Shown here: positions 56,816 through 64,000 of the stretch, one piece after another | Numbering within the stretch: the first letter of the stretch is position 1 | Layout of the letters: each line of letters opens with the position of its first letter | Origin: Candidatus Bathyarchaeia archaeon | Lineage (GTDB): Archaea > Thermoproteota > Bathyarchaeia > Bathyarchaeales > Bathyarchaeaceae | Reading direction: 5' to 3' | Assembly (NCBI GenBank): GCA_035283685.1 | Contig: DATETJ010000011.1 | Coordinates: forward strand, 31,994 to 95,993 | Length of the DNA: 64,000 nucleotides | The notes under the pieces: generated by a model | The model's input: the letters and a program-made list of their open reading frames with translations, nothing else | Database searches by the model: none | What the model was told of the DNA's origin: nothing | Made by a program: the position numbers and the translations under genes

Positions 56816-57619
56816 ATGGTCAGGATAATCGTGTGCGTGAAACAAGCGATAGACGTGTCTCAGATTAAGGTGGATACGGCTACGCGGCGTTTGATAACTG
56901 TTGATGCGCCTAAGAAAATCAGCGACTTCGACAAGAATGCGTTGGAGGAGGCTGTTCGGTTGAAGGAGAAGTTGGGCGGCGAAGTCGTGACTGTGACTCT
57001 TGGACCTGAGGATGCCAAGACCACTGTTCGTGAGGCGTTGGCTATGGGCGCTGACAAAGCCTATGTCGTGAGTGATCCGATGTTTGAGGGTGGCGACACG
57101 ATGGCGACTAGTTACGTGTTGGCTGAGGCGGTGAAGAAGATTGGGCAGTTTGATCTTGTTTTGTGTGGTGAGGCTTCGGTTGATAGTTTTTCTGCGCAGG
57201 TTGGTCCGCGTTTGGCGGATCGCTTAGGTCTCCCGGTTGTAATGTATGTGAAGAAGCTCACGTTGGAAGGCGACACTGTAACGGTTGAACGGAACCTTGA
57301 GGACAGTTATGAAACGATCAAGGCAAAGACGCCTGTTCTGTTAGCGGTGACGAAGGAGTTGAATGAGCCTCGCATTCCGTCGTTGATGGCGATTATGAAG
57401 GCGTCCAGGAAGGAGGTTGTTCTGTGGAAAGCCACTGACTTGAATGTTCAAGCGGAGAAGGTAGGTCAGGCGGGTTCGGCGATCAAGATTGTGTCTGTTT
57501 TGGCGCCTAAAGTGGAGCGCAAGAAAACTGTGATTAAAGGTGAAACTGCGGCTGAGACTGCTGAGAAGTTGGCTAAGGCGCTTATTCAAGATGGTGTGGT
57601 TAAGCAGGTGAAGGCGTGA
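56816..57619 (+). CDS. etfB: Electron transfer flavoprotein beta subunit
   Basis: VRIIVCVKQAIDVSQIKVD and LVLCGEASVDSFSAQVGPRLA. Confidence 0.9.
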   Translation: MVRIIVCVKQAIDVSQIKVDTATRRLITVDAPKKISDFDKNALEEAVRLKEKLGGEVVTVTLGPEDAKTTVREALAMGADKAYVVSDPMFEGGDTMATSYVLAEAVKKIGQFDLVLCGEASVDSFSAQVGPRLADRLGLPVVMYVKKLTLEGDTVTVERNLEDSYETIKAKTPVLLAVTKELNEPRIPSLMAIMKASRKEVVLWKATDLNVQAEKVGQAGSAIKIVSVLAPKVERKKTVIKGETAAETAEKLAKALIQDGVVKQVKA

Positions 57620-58596
57620 TGAGCGAGTTTCATGGTGTTTGGGTTTATTCAGAAAACATGAATTTGATGTTGGAGATGTTGACGAAGGCCACTGAGCTGG
57701 CGGCTAAGTTGAAGACTGAAGCAGGCGCGTTACTTATTGGTCATGATGTTAGAGCGCAGGCAACTCAGCTCGTGAATTCTGGTGCTGACAAGGTGTTTGT
57801 GGTCGACCACGCTGCGCTTAAGGTTTTCAATTCTGAGACGTATCTGAGTGCGCTGACTACGGCTGTAAAGGAACGGAAGCCTGAGATCATTCTGTTCGGA
57901 TCGACACGTAAGGGCAAGGAGCTGGCTGCAAGGTTGGCTACTCGACTTGAAACGGGTTGCGTGCCAGACTGCACTAACGTGAGTGTGGATGAGCAGGGTA
58001 GTTTGGTTAGCGAGCGAGTGGTTTATGGTGGTAACGGCTCGGCTACGCATGTGTTTCTGACTAAGCCAGCGATCGCGTGCGTGCCTCCGCGAACTTTCGA
58101 GAAGCATGCGCCGACGGACAAGAAGGGTGAGATCGTGGATGTGAGTGTTTCGCAGTTTGATGCGCCGCGAACGGAGACGGTTGAGGTGAAGCCTTTGGAG
58201 GCTGGTGGTGGCAAGCTTGAGGAAGCTAAAGTGGTCATCGTTGGTGGTCGTGGTATTGAGAAGAAGGAGGATTTCAGAATACTGGAAAGCTTGAGCTATG
58301 CTTTGGGTGGGCAAGTGGGTTATACTAGGCCGTTGGCTGAGGATCGCAAGTGGTTTAAGGGCGATTGGATCGGCTTGTCTGGGATTAAGATCAAACCTGT
58401 GTTGTACATTGGCGCGGGTATTTCTGGGGTTATTCAGCATGTGGCGGGGATTAGGGATTCACAGGTTATTGTGGCTATTAACAAGGATGAGCAGGCGCCG
58501 ATTTTTGAAATGGCGGATTACATTGTCGTGGGCGACTTGTACGAGATCATTCCCGCTTTAGAAGCGGCGTTGAAGAAGCTGTTACCTCAGAGCTGA
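57616..58596 (+). CDS. etfA: Electron transfer flavoprotein alpha subunit
   Basis: VVIVGGRGI and YIGAGISGVIQHVAGIRDSQVIVAINKD. ATGA overlap with etfB. Confidence 0.9.
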   Translation: MMSEFHGVWVYSENMNLMLEMLTKATELAAKLKTEAGALLIGHDVRAQATQLVNSGADKVFVVDHAALKVFNSETYLSALTTAVKERKPEIILFGSTRKGKELAARLATRLETGCVPDCTNVSVDEQGSLVSERVVYGGNGSATHVFLTKPAIACVPPRTFEKHAPTDKKGEIVDVSVSQFDAPRTETVEVKPLEAGGGKLEEAKVVIVGGRGIEKKEDFRILESLSYALGGQVGYTRPLAEDRKWFKGDWIGLSGIKIKPVLYIGAGISGVIQHVAGIRDSQVIVAINKDEQAPIFEMADYIVVGDLYEIIPALEAALKKLLPQS

Positions 58597-58693
58597 CTGT
58601 GGTTCCGGGCTGAGCCGATTACATATTGAAGCTGCATGGATGTCAATGTTGGTTATGTCCTAGTCTTATCGTCATGATCCACGCTGATAGCGC

Positions 58694-58806
58694 TGCGGGA
58701 AGAGTAATTTCAAAAGAAGAAGGCAACTATCGCTTAGCGCCTTCTTCTACCACGTTGAGGCTGTGGGTGTGCGGGCGTCGTCGTCAAACTGAACCTAGTG
58801 ACATCA
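58694..58806 (+). repeat. Copy B (5' half only) of the GT-rich structured repeat family
   Basis: TGCGGGAAGAGTAATTTCAAAAGAAGAAGG / 16 nt / CCTTCTTCTAC is nearly identical to copy A. It then shares CGTCGTCGT..CCTAGTGACATCA with copy C. Confidence 0.8.
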
Positions 58807-58893
58807 TCAAGCTATGGGTCGCGAAATGTGGAAGTTGTTAAGTATGATTTGGATTCAAAAACTTCCTGTGTGAGCTGGCGCTGAGGTGGGAGC

Positions 58894-59514
58894 ATGAACG
58901 CTAGGCAACGCAATGTTATTGAACGGTATGCGAGGGAGCAGATGGCTAAGTTGGGCTTGCATGGTTGGCCTCATGTTAAGCGAGTTCAGTGTCTTTGTAA
59001 GCAGTTGGCAAAATCTGTGAAAGAGGCTGATCTTGAGGTTTTGGAGGTCGCTGCTTTGCTACATGATGTTGGCAAGCATGTTGAGAAAGCGAACAATGCA
59101 ATGGATCATGGCGGAGTCAGCGCTGAGATGGCTGAGAAGTTCTTGAAATCGATTAAGTTCGATGATGTAAAGGTGGATGCGGTTTGTCATGCAATTCGGG
59201 TTCATACTCATGGTGAGGAGCCGCGTTCTGTTGAGGCGAGGGTTCTGCATGACGCTGACTTTTTGGATAAGATGGGCGCTGTGGGTGTGGCTACACTGTT
59301 TATCAAAGCATGTTTAACCGACACAACGATTGAGGAGACAGCTGAGTTTTGGAAGCACCCGTCCAGAGAGTCTTACGTTGGACTCCACGCCCTTTGGCTC
59401 CAAAAACCTTACTTCTACACCAGAAAGGCTAGAAACTTGGCTAGAGGAAGAAACAAGATCGTCAAGGCCTTCTTCAAACAACTGGAGCGGGAAATAGAGA
59501 TGGCAGATGCCTAA
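58894..59514 (+). CDS. HD-domain phosphohydrolase
   Basis: WPHVKRV and LLHDVGK...HDADFLDKMG. Confidence 0.75.
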   Translation: MNARQRNVIERYAREQMAKLGLHGWPHVKRVQCLCKQLAKSVKEADLEVLEVAALLHDVGKHVEKANNAMDHGGVSAEMAEKFLKSIKFDDVKVDAVCHAIRVHTHGEEPRSVEARVLHDADFLDKMGAVGVATLFIKACLTDTTIEETAEFWKHPSRESYVGLHALWLQKPYFYTRKARNLARGRNKIVKAFFKQLEREIEMADA

Positions 59515-59540
59515 GGCTACTTTGGAGACTGACGAACTGC

Positions 59541-59939
59541 ATGAAGGTCTTGTTTGTTTGCGCTGGGAATGCACATCGCAGTCCGTTGGCAGAGGCGTTA
59601 TTGAAGAAGTTGAGACCGGATTGGGATGTAGAGTCGGCGGGCGTACACACTGCAATTCCAATTTCAGAAGACGTAAAAGCATTCTTGGCAAGGGAAGACG
59701 CTGAACAGCATCTTAAGAATGCTCCAGAAGACTTGGGCAGCAAGCACCTCAGCAGGTTTGATGTCATTGTAGCTATGGAACAAAGGCACAGGTACGCGGT
59801 GTTAAGCATGTGCTCCGAATGTATAGACCGAGTTGTTGTGTGGAATATTAGCGATCCTTACTTTATGTCGCATGATGACGCCGTGAAAGTCTATGAGCAG
59901 ATCAAACACAAAGTAAGAGAATTGGCTATGCGCATCTGA
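59541..59939 (+). CDS. Low-molecular-weight protein-tyrosine phosphatase / ArsC-like
   Basis: VLFVCAGNAHRSPLAE (CX5R-S P-loop). Confidence 0.8.
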   Translation: MKVLFVCAGNAHRSPLAEALLKKLRPDWDVESAGVHTAIPISEDVKAFLAREDAEQHLKNAPEDLGSKHLSRFDVIVAMEQRHRYAVLSMCSECIDRVVVWNISDPYFMSHDDAVKVYEQIKHKVRELAMRI

Positions 59940-60321
59940 CGCTCAAGGCGTTAGCTAGTTTTTTCAGGTCTTGGTGGGTCATCCATTCTGTTTTGAGGTA
60001 TTCACATATCTGTTGGTCGTTTAGCCCGAGTCTTCTAGCTTCTCTCACTGCGTGTTGGTAGGCTTCGATTTCAGTGGGTCTGTCGGCGTAGTCGTACTCG
60101 ACGTCGAAGAGCTGTTTTCCCTCCCTAAACTGTCTAACGTGAACTAGTTCATGAATTAAGTCGAGGTGTATGTCGGTTTTGTCACCGCCGTTCAAATAGC
60201 GAGCGCTGACCATGAGACTTCCGTCTTCAGTGTTAATCCACATGTACCCTGGTGCCCATGTGAACTCGACCTTAAGATTCTGAAGTATCTCTTCCGTCTG
60301 TTCGCCGAAGATCTGACGCAC
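59926..60321 (-). CDS. Putative zinc metallopeptidase (HExxH), N-terminus uncertain
   Basis: DLIHELVHVRQ plus a downstream EIEAYQHA. The frame is open for 56 more codons upstream with no canonical start. Confidence 0.5.
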   Translation of the reverse strand: MRQIFGEQTEEILQNLKVEFTWAPGYMWINTEDGSLMVSARYLNGGDKTDIHLDLIHELVHVRQFREGKQLFDVEYDYADRPTEIEAYQHAVREARRLGLNDQQICEYLKTEWMTHQDLKKLANALSVRCA

Positions 60322-60490
60322 AGCCTCAACTTTTTCAAAACCCTTGAAGTAATCAGTAAAGTAGTGCTTCGCGGCTCTAAATCTTAGCAGCTTGAATATG
60401 CTGGGCGCCCTTTCTATTTGCAGTGCTGTGACAGTGCGTAAAATAGCGATTAATAGTTGTTCGCGCCAATGAGTCGTCTCTGATTCCCTT

Positions 60491-60530
60491 CAAATGCTAT
60501 TAACTTCGGCTTGAGTCTAGTAGTTACAAC
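60491..60530 (+). repeat. Fragment D of the GT-rich repeat family
   Basis: CAAATGCTATTAACTTCGGCTTGAG compared with CAGATGTT[G/A]TTAACTTCGGCTTAGA in copies A and C. Confidence 0.5.
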
Positions 60531-60565
60531 TTCCAACCATAAGCTGCTATTCTGTGTGCCCACTT

Positions 60566-60781
60566 TCAACGCTTCGCCAATGCTTTCTTCAGCGCAGACA
60601 CAAAGGCGACTTCATCTTCAGCCAATCTCTTCTTGACTTCTCTCCACGTAGCTGGGCAACTCTTGTATTCCACACCAACAATGTTGTGTACAAGCTTGTC
60701 AATCTCACGTCTATTCTCGCTTGTCACTTCTAATCCAGCCTTCTTGAAAACCTCACCAAGATGTCTAAGATAACAGGTCAC
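60566..60781 (-). CDS. Hypothetical small protein (71 aa)
   Basis: ORF track; helical, charged composition; no family recognised. Confidence 0.4.
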   Translation of the reverse strand: MTCYLRHLGEVFKKAGLEVTSENRREIDKLVHNIVGVEYKSCPATWREVKKRLAEDEVAFVSALKKALAKR

Positions 60782-60865
60782 AGAGGCTCACCAGACACGC
60801 ACATACACACATGTCTAATTTGTTCGTTGTGGTTTCAACATTCAAACTGGTGTCTCTCAGAAGTT

Positions 60866-61342
60866 TTAATCGATCAGAACCAGCCCATTCCATACTGTGT
60901 TGTTTTTCGGCGGGATCTTGAATGGTAGCCCAGCGTTTGCCGCTGTCTGAAACGCCTCAATTCCAACAGCTTCCATCGAGGGCCTTGCTTGGAATGGATG
61001 TCTACATGGTTCCCGCGAGCTTACAGTCACACATTCTGAGCACAGCTTGCATGATCCTGCAATGAACCCTACCGCGAAACGGTGACCAAGCTCGAACGCC
61101 TTTGCTTCCATCTTGCAGACTATTCGATGCAGCCTCAATTTAACTGGATCGAGGTACTTTCTGTAGCTTTTGAGAAAAATGTCGCTCTTGTACAGTGCGG
61201 CAACGTTGTCTGCCTTCTTTATTTCCTCTCTCATTTCAACTGGTATTGGAGATTCAATTTGAACTAGAATTGCATGCTTGTATTTGGCCAAGCATTGAAT
61301 GAAACAACATTCGTGGCCCCAAGCTTCTTTGCCATTTTGCAC
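60866..61342 (-). CDS. DUF2284-like metal-binding protein, apparently frameshifted at its 5' end
   Basis: C-terminal CKLCSECVTVSSREPCRHPFQARPSMEAVGIEAF matches my recollection of DUF2284. A 36-aa ORF in another frame (61264-61374) carries a plausible N-terminus. Confidence 0.5.
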   Translation of the reverse strand: MQNGKEAWGHECCFIQCLAKYKHAILVQIESPIPVEMREEIKKADNVAALYKSDIFLKSYRKYLDPVKLRLHRIVCKMEAKAFELGHRFAVGFIAGSCKLCSECVTVSSREPCRHPFQARPSMEAVGIEAFQTAANAGLPFKIPPKNNTVWNGLVLID

Positions 61343-61929
61343 AGGGATTCAGCATGTGTCTCGAATTCGGACATCAACGACCACCATACATTGAAAAATG
61401 TTCAGTGTGGAACGCACATATTTTTTTTCTCATCTGTTGAGCGTCTCCGAGAAGGTTAAGAGTCTTTTTGTTGCTTGCGCTTCCCCTGCCACACCCTATC
61501 GAGCCAACACATCGACCTTATGAATGGCTGATCTTAACACACAAAAGGTAAGAGGATTTATGAGGGAATGTCACCATTCTTCTTCAAATTCTTCCTCTTC
61601 TGTTTCTTCAGTTTCTTCTGTTTCTTCCTCTTCGAATTTATATGTCATTTACTTTCCGCTCCTTGTTCCGTTCCAAGGGCATACCTATAGAACACGAGGC
61701 GCTTATAATCAATTCGATGGAACCCCCTTGGTGTTTCTTTCCTGTTCAACATGTGCTTCGATGGACCATCAGAGCAAGTAGTTCTGACGATCAGTTCAGC
61801 CCGACACGATCCTAGTAGATGGTGCCGCTAAGCAATGCTTCATGCATTTTGGCTATTAGAGAAGGTTAGTGGTGTTTAAAAGCGAGGTTCGCATATATCA
61901 TGGCATTACCTACATGAGGAAGTGAAATT

Positions 61930-62217
61930 TTGTCCAGAGAACCAAACGTCATATACGTGGGGAGAAAGCCTCCGATGAACTACGCATTAGCGATTATGAC
62001 AAGCTTCGGCACGCCCAATACAAAGGAAGTCACTTTGAAGGCGAGAGGACAAGCAATAACGACTGTCGTCGACGCTGTCGAAATAACCCGACACAGATTC
62101 ATGAAAGACCTAAGCATAGGCAAAATCACCATAGGAACCGAAGAATTGCCACCAAGAGAAGGCGAAAGCAGATCAAGTATGGTTTCAACGATAGAAATCA
62201 CCCTGATACGAACGTAG
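61930..62217 (+). CDS. albA: Alba (Sac10b) DNA/RNA-binding protein
   Basis: NVIYVGRKPPMNYALAIMT..EVTLKARGQAITTVVDAVEITRHRF. Confidence 0.9.
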   Translation: MSREPNVIYVGRKPPMNYALAIMTSFGTPNTKEVTLKARGQAITTVVDAVEITRHRFMKDLSIGKITIGTEELPPREGESRSSMVSTIEITLIRT

Positions 62218-62229
62218 GAAACAAGTAAA

Positions 62230-62886
62230 ATGCGAAACAAAAGATGGACTACGCGAGGTCGACCCCCAGGTAGGTTTCACTCTTACAATGACATTCGACT
62301 TCTCGAGTATCTCGCTCGAATTTCAGTGAAAAACGAAATCGATTCAGGCAAATTTTTCAGTAGTTTTCTTGACGCGTTTCAACACGTAGAAGCTACGTGT
62401 GGAGAACTATCGATAGAATGCCGAGAAAAGACACGCGATCACGCAATCTTTCTCATAACCAACACCCAAAAAGTGGTTGCGCAATTTCCCATACCTGTAC
62501 ATATTCTTGCAAAAACCAATCCGCTCAAAGAGTTCACCTTTAGGCCGTCGTTTATGAGAGACTCAGTCCAAGTGGCTAAATCAGACCACTATCAGATTAA
62601 AGACTTGAGGGTTGGAATGAAACGCATTAACATAAAGGCACGCGTTCTCGAAATGTCTCAGCCAAGGGTGGTCGCAACCCGTTTTGGTTTCTACGCTAAT
62701 GTGACAAACGTCCTCGTCACTGACGAAACTGGAACCATTCAATTACCTTTATGGAACAAACAGATAGATGGGATTTCTGCGGGTGACCTCATTCAGGTTG
62801 AAAACGCAAATGTTATCGTGTTTCGGGGCGAACGACAGCTAAGGGTCTGTAGAAACGGAAAATTGAGTATTATCAAAGACAGTTAA
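62230..62886 (+). CDS. OB-fold ssDNA-binding protein (SSB/RPA-like) with an N-terminal extension
   Basis: The C-terminal 100 aa (IKDLRVGMKRINIKARVLEMSQPRVVATRFG..VLVTDETGTIQLPLWNKQIDGISAGDLIQVENANVIVFRGERQL) match the crenarchaeal SSB OB-fold pattern. Confidence 0.65.
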   Translation: MRNKRWTTRGRPPGRFHSYNDIRLLEYLARISVKNEIDSGKFFSSFLDAFQHVEATCGELSIECREKTRDHAIFLITNTQKVVAQFPIPVHILAKTNPLKEFTFRPSFMRDSVQVAKSDHYQIKDLRVGMKRINIKARVLEMSQPRVVATRFGFYANVTNVLVTDETGTIQLPLWNKQIDGISAGDLIQVENANVIVFRGERQLRVCRNGKLSIIKDS

Positions 62887-62944
62887 TGTGTACACATTTA
62901 TGCGGTCGTTCAGAACCGAAACCTAGTGGGGAGAGACTGAGATT

Positions 62945-63175
62945 TTGTCAAGCGAAATGGAACAAACCAAGAAAGAATCCTTGGTAGAGCGTTATTGGAG
63001 ACTCAGAGGAGAGGCCGACGAATTATATCAGAGACGAATGAGAGAAATCAAAATCACCGAGGAAATGAGAAAGTCTATACAAAGAGAACTTGATGCTTTG
63101 GAAAATGCTATAGAGAGAGCAGACCTTGCCGAGGTTTTGCGGCACAAGTTAGTACTAGAAGTCCTACTGGGATAA
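62945..63175 (+). CDS. Small coiled-coil protein, hypothetical
   Basis: 76-aa charged helical ORF with TTG start. Confidence 0.35.
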   Translation: MSSEMEQTKKESLVERYWRLRGEADELYQRRMREIKITEEMRKSIQRELDALENAIERADLAEVLRHKLVLEVLLG

Positions 63176-63563
63176 GATCCTCGTTGAATACGAATGCTTA
63201 GCATAAGCAGCTGTATCTACGCTAGAACTTACAAAATGGGGCAAAGCTGAAATCTCCGAAGGGAACAACATTCTATTGGGCAATGAAGAAATCGAGGTAA
63301 ATTGACTGGGGACATTTGGATGATTTCTGTACCCCCAACTGAGTCCATTCTAGGTATCTCATTTGATGTGACAGAGTAGAAAGCCTTCTGGTAATCGATT
63401 ATCTTCGTAATATTAGAGTCTGAAATGGGAATGCGCAACCTATGAAGTATTCACACTTGACTTTCACAGAGCATTACGGTTTCATCTCACTTCTCATGCT
63501 TGAATTCAAGGATAAACGTTTTTTTGATAGAAATTTTATCCCCACACACAGATTAAACAGAAA

Positions 63564-63590
63564 GTGCGTTTGGGTTTGGGGATTAAATTT
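63564..63590 (+). repeat. Direct repeat unit 1 (GTGCGTTTGGGTTTGGGGATTAAATTT); unit 2 at 63955-63984
   Basis: The TTTGGGTTTGGG(G)ATTAA core occurs twice about 390 nt apart. Unit 1 is followed by a near-perfect 12-bp hairpin, GGGATTAAATTT / 9 nt / AAATTTAATTCCC (63578-63611). Confidence 0.6.
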
Positions 63591-64000
63591 TGATACAAAA
63601 ATTTAATTCCCTATTCTGACCATTTCGATATGGTGATTGATTTGGGTATGAGAAGTGCCAAGGATAAACCGATGACCAAGAAGGAAAGAGAGGAGAAAAG
63701 AAGGAAACGTAAAGAGAAACGCTTGAAGAAATAGACGTATAGAAGTCCGTAGATTTCTCCATGAGAACACCATTAGACAAAAGAGGGAAAAATCTAAAAC
63801 ACTAACAGAGTCATCGGCATATTAGTTAAAGGAGGGAAATGTATGAAAGCGTTGAGAAAAAAGAATATTAAAAAGAAAAAGAAACATCAGGAGAAAATCG
63901 GAAGATAGATAAAAAGAATAACCAGTCATTTAGTTAAGAATTGAGACCAAAAATGTGTGTCTTTGGGTTTGGGATTAATAATTTAAGCACACACACAAGT

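Noticed and set aside
57730-58440. 236-aa antisense ORF inside etfA. Similar long shadow ORFs occur at 11391-11972, 32216-32761, 36372-36932, 21061-21528 and 41343-41819.
   Set aside because: Each lies fully antisense to a gene with strong family motifs. Their translations are low-complexity and unlike any family I know.
58626-58841. 71-aa ORF across repeat copy B, plus the analogous 67-aa ORF 49157-49360 across copy C, as a possible small-protein family
   Set aside because: Both translate ..AG(R/K).IS.EEG....PSST. However, the homologous block CCTAGTGACATCA is read in different frames in B and C. The similarity is therefore at the nucleotide or structure level. The equivalent frame in copy A has no ATG and is only about 50 codons long.
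61524-61781. 85-aa Ser-rich ORF (SSSNSSSSVSSVSSVSSSS)
   Set aside because: It is the complement of a GAA/GAG-rich tract. Low complexity and lack of an upstream ribosome-binding motif make it less credible than the short acidic minus-strand ORF, which is itself only tentative.

Overview
Dense archaeal chromosomal segment with about 65 protein genes on both strands. I recognised no rRNA, CRISPR array, integrase or transposase.

Lineage hallmarks:
- Group II chaperonin (thermosome), RNA polymerase subunit Rpo6/RpoK, Alba and an SSB-like OB-fold protein.
- A complete CdvA / ESCRT-III / Vps4 cell-division cluster (21.8-25.4 kb).
- A tetrahydromethanopterin C1 cluster (8.8-19.2 kb): ftr, an MtdA/B-type methylene-H4MPT dehydrogenase, fwdDBAC and mch.
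- Together these suggest a TACK-type archaeon, plausibly Bathyarchaeia-like. This is inference only.

Other blocks:
- Extracellular proteolysis locus (1-8.8 kb): two propeptide-less S8 subtilases, a stand-alone propeptide-like secreted protein, a cohesin+dockerin surface protein and a DUF885 metallopeptidase-like protein.
- Lhr-type helicase, MFS transporter and DUF1028 (28.9-33.7 kb).
- Regulators plus a ScpA/ScpB-like pair (33.6-37.4 kb).
- An 11-kb glycosylation island (37.4-48.2 kb): Dpm1-like and other GT2 enzymes, a 1059-aa polytopic membrane protein, DUF362, a radical SAM/SPASM enzyme, gmd and fcl.
- Acyl-CoA dehydrogenase, dihydroorotase-like amidohydrolase, a GH3-like ligase and etfBA.

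Most unusual observations:
1. A dispersed GT-rich structured non-coding repeat family with conserved hairpins. There are three long copies and one fragment. Two long copies lie in inverted orientation and bracket about 23 kb.
2. At least three genes have family-conserved N-termini that lack ATG/GTG/TTG and seem to start at CTG or ATA behind GGAGG motifs. The clearest case is DUF1028, where CTG sits exactly at the Met of the MTFSIVA signature.
3. An orphan tRNA 5' half lies upstream of lhr.
4. A truncated glutamine amidotransferase gene sits at one repeat boundary.
5. Several micro-ORF and repeat oddities occur near the right end.

All family assignments rest on motif recognition by eye, not on database searches.
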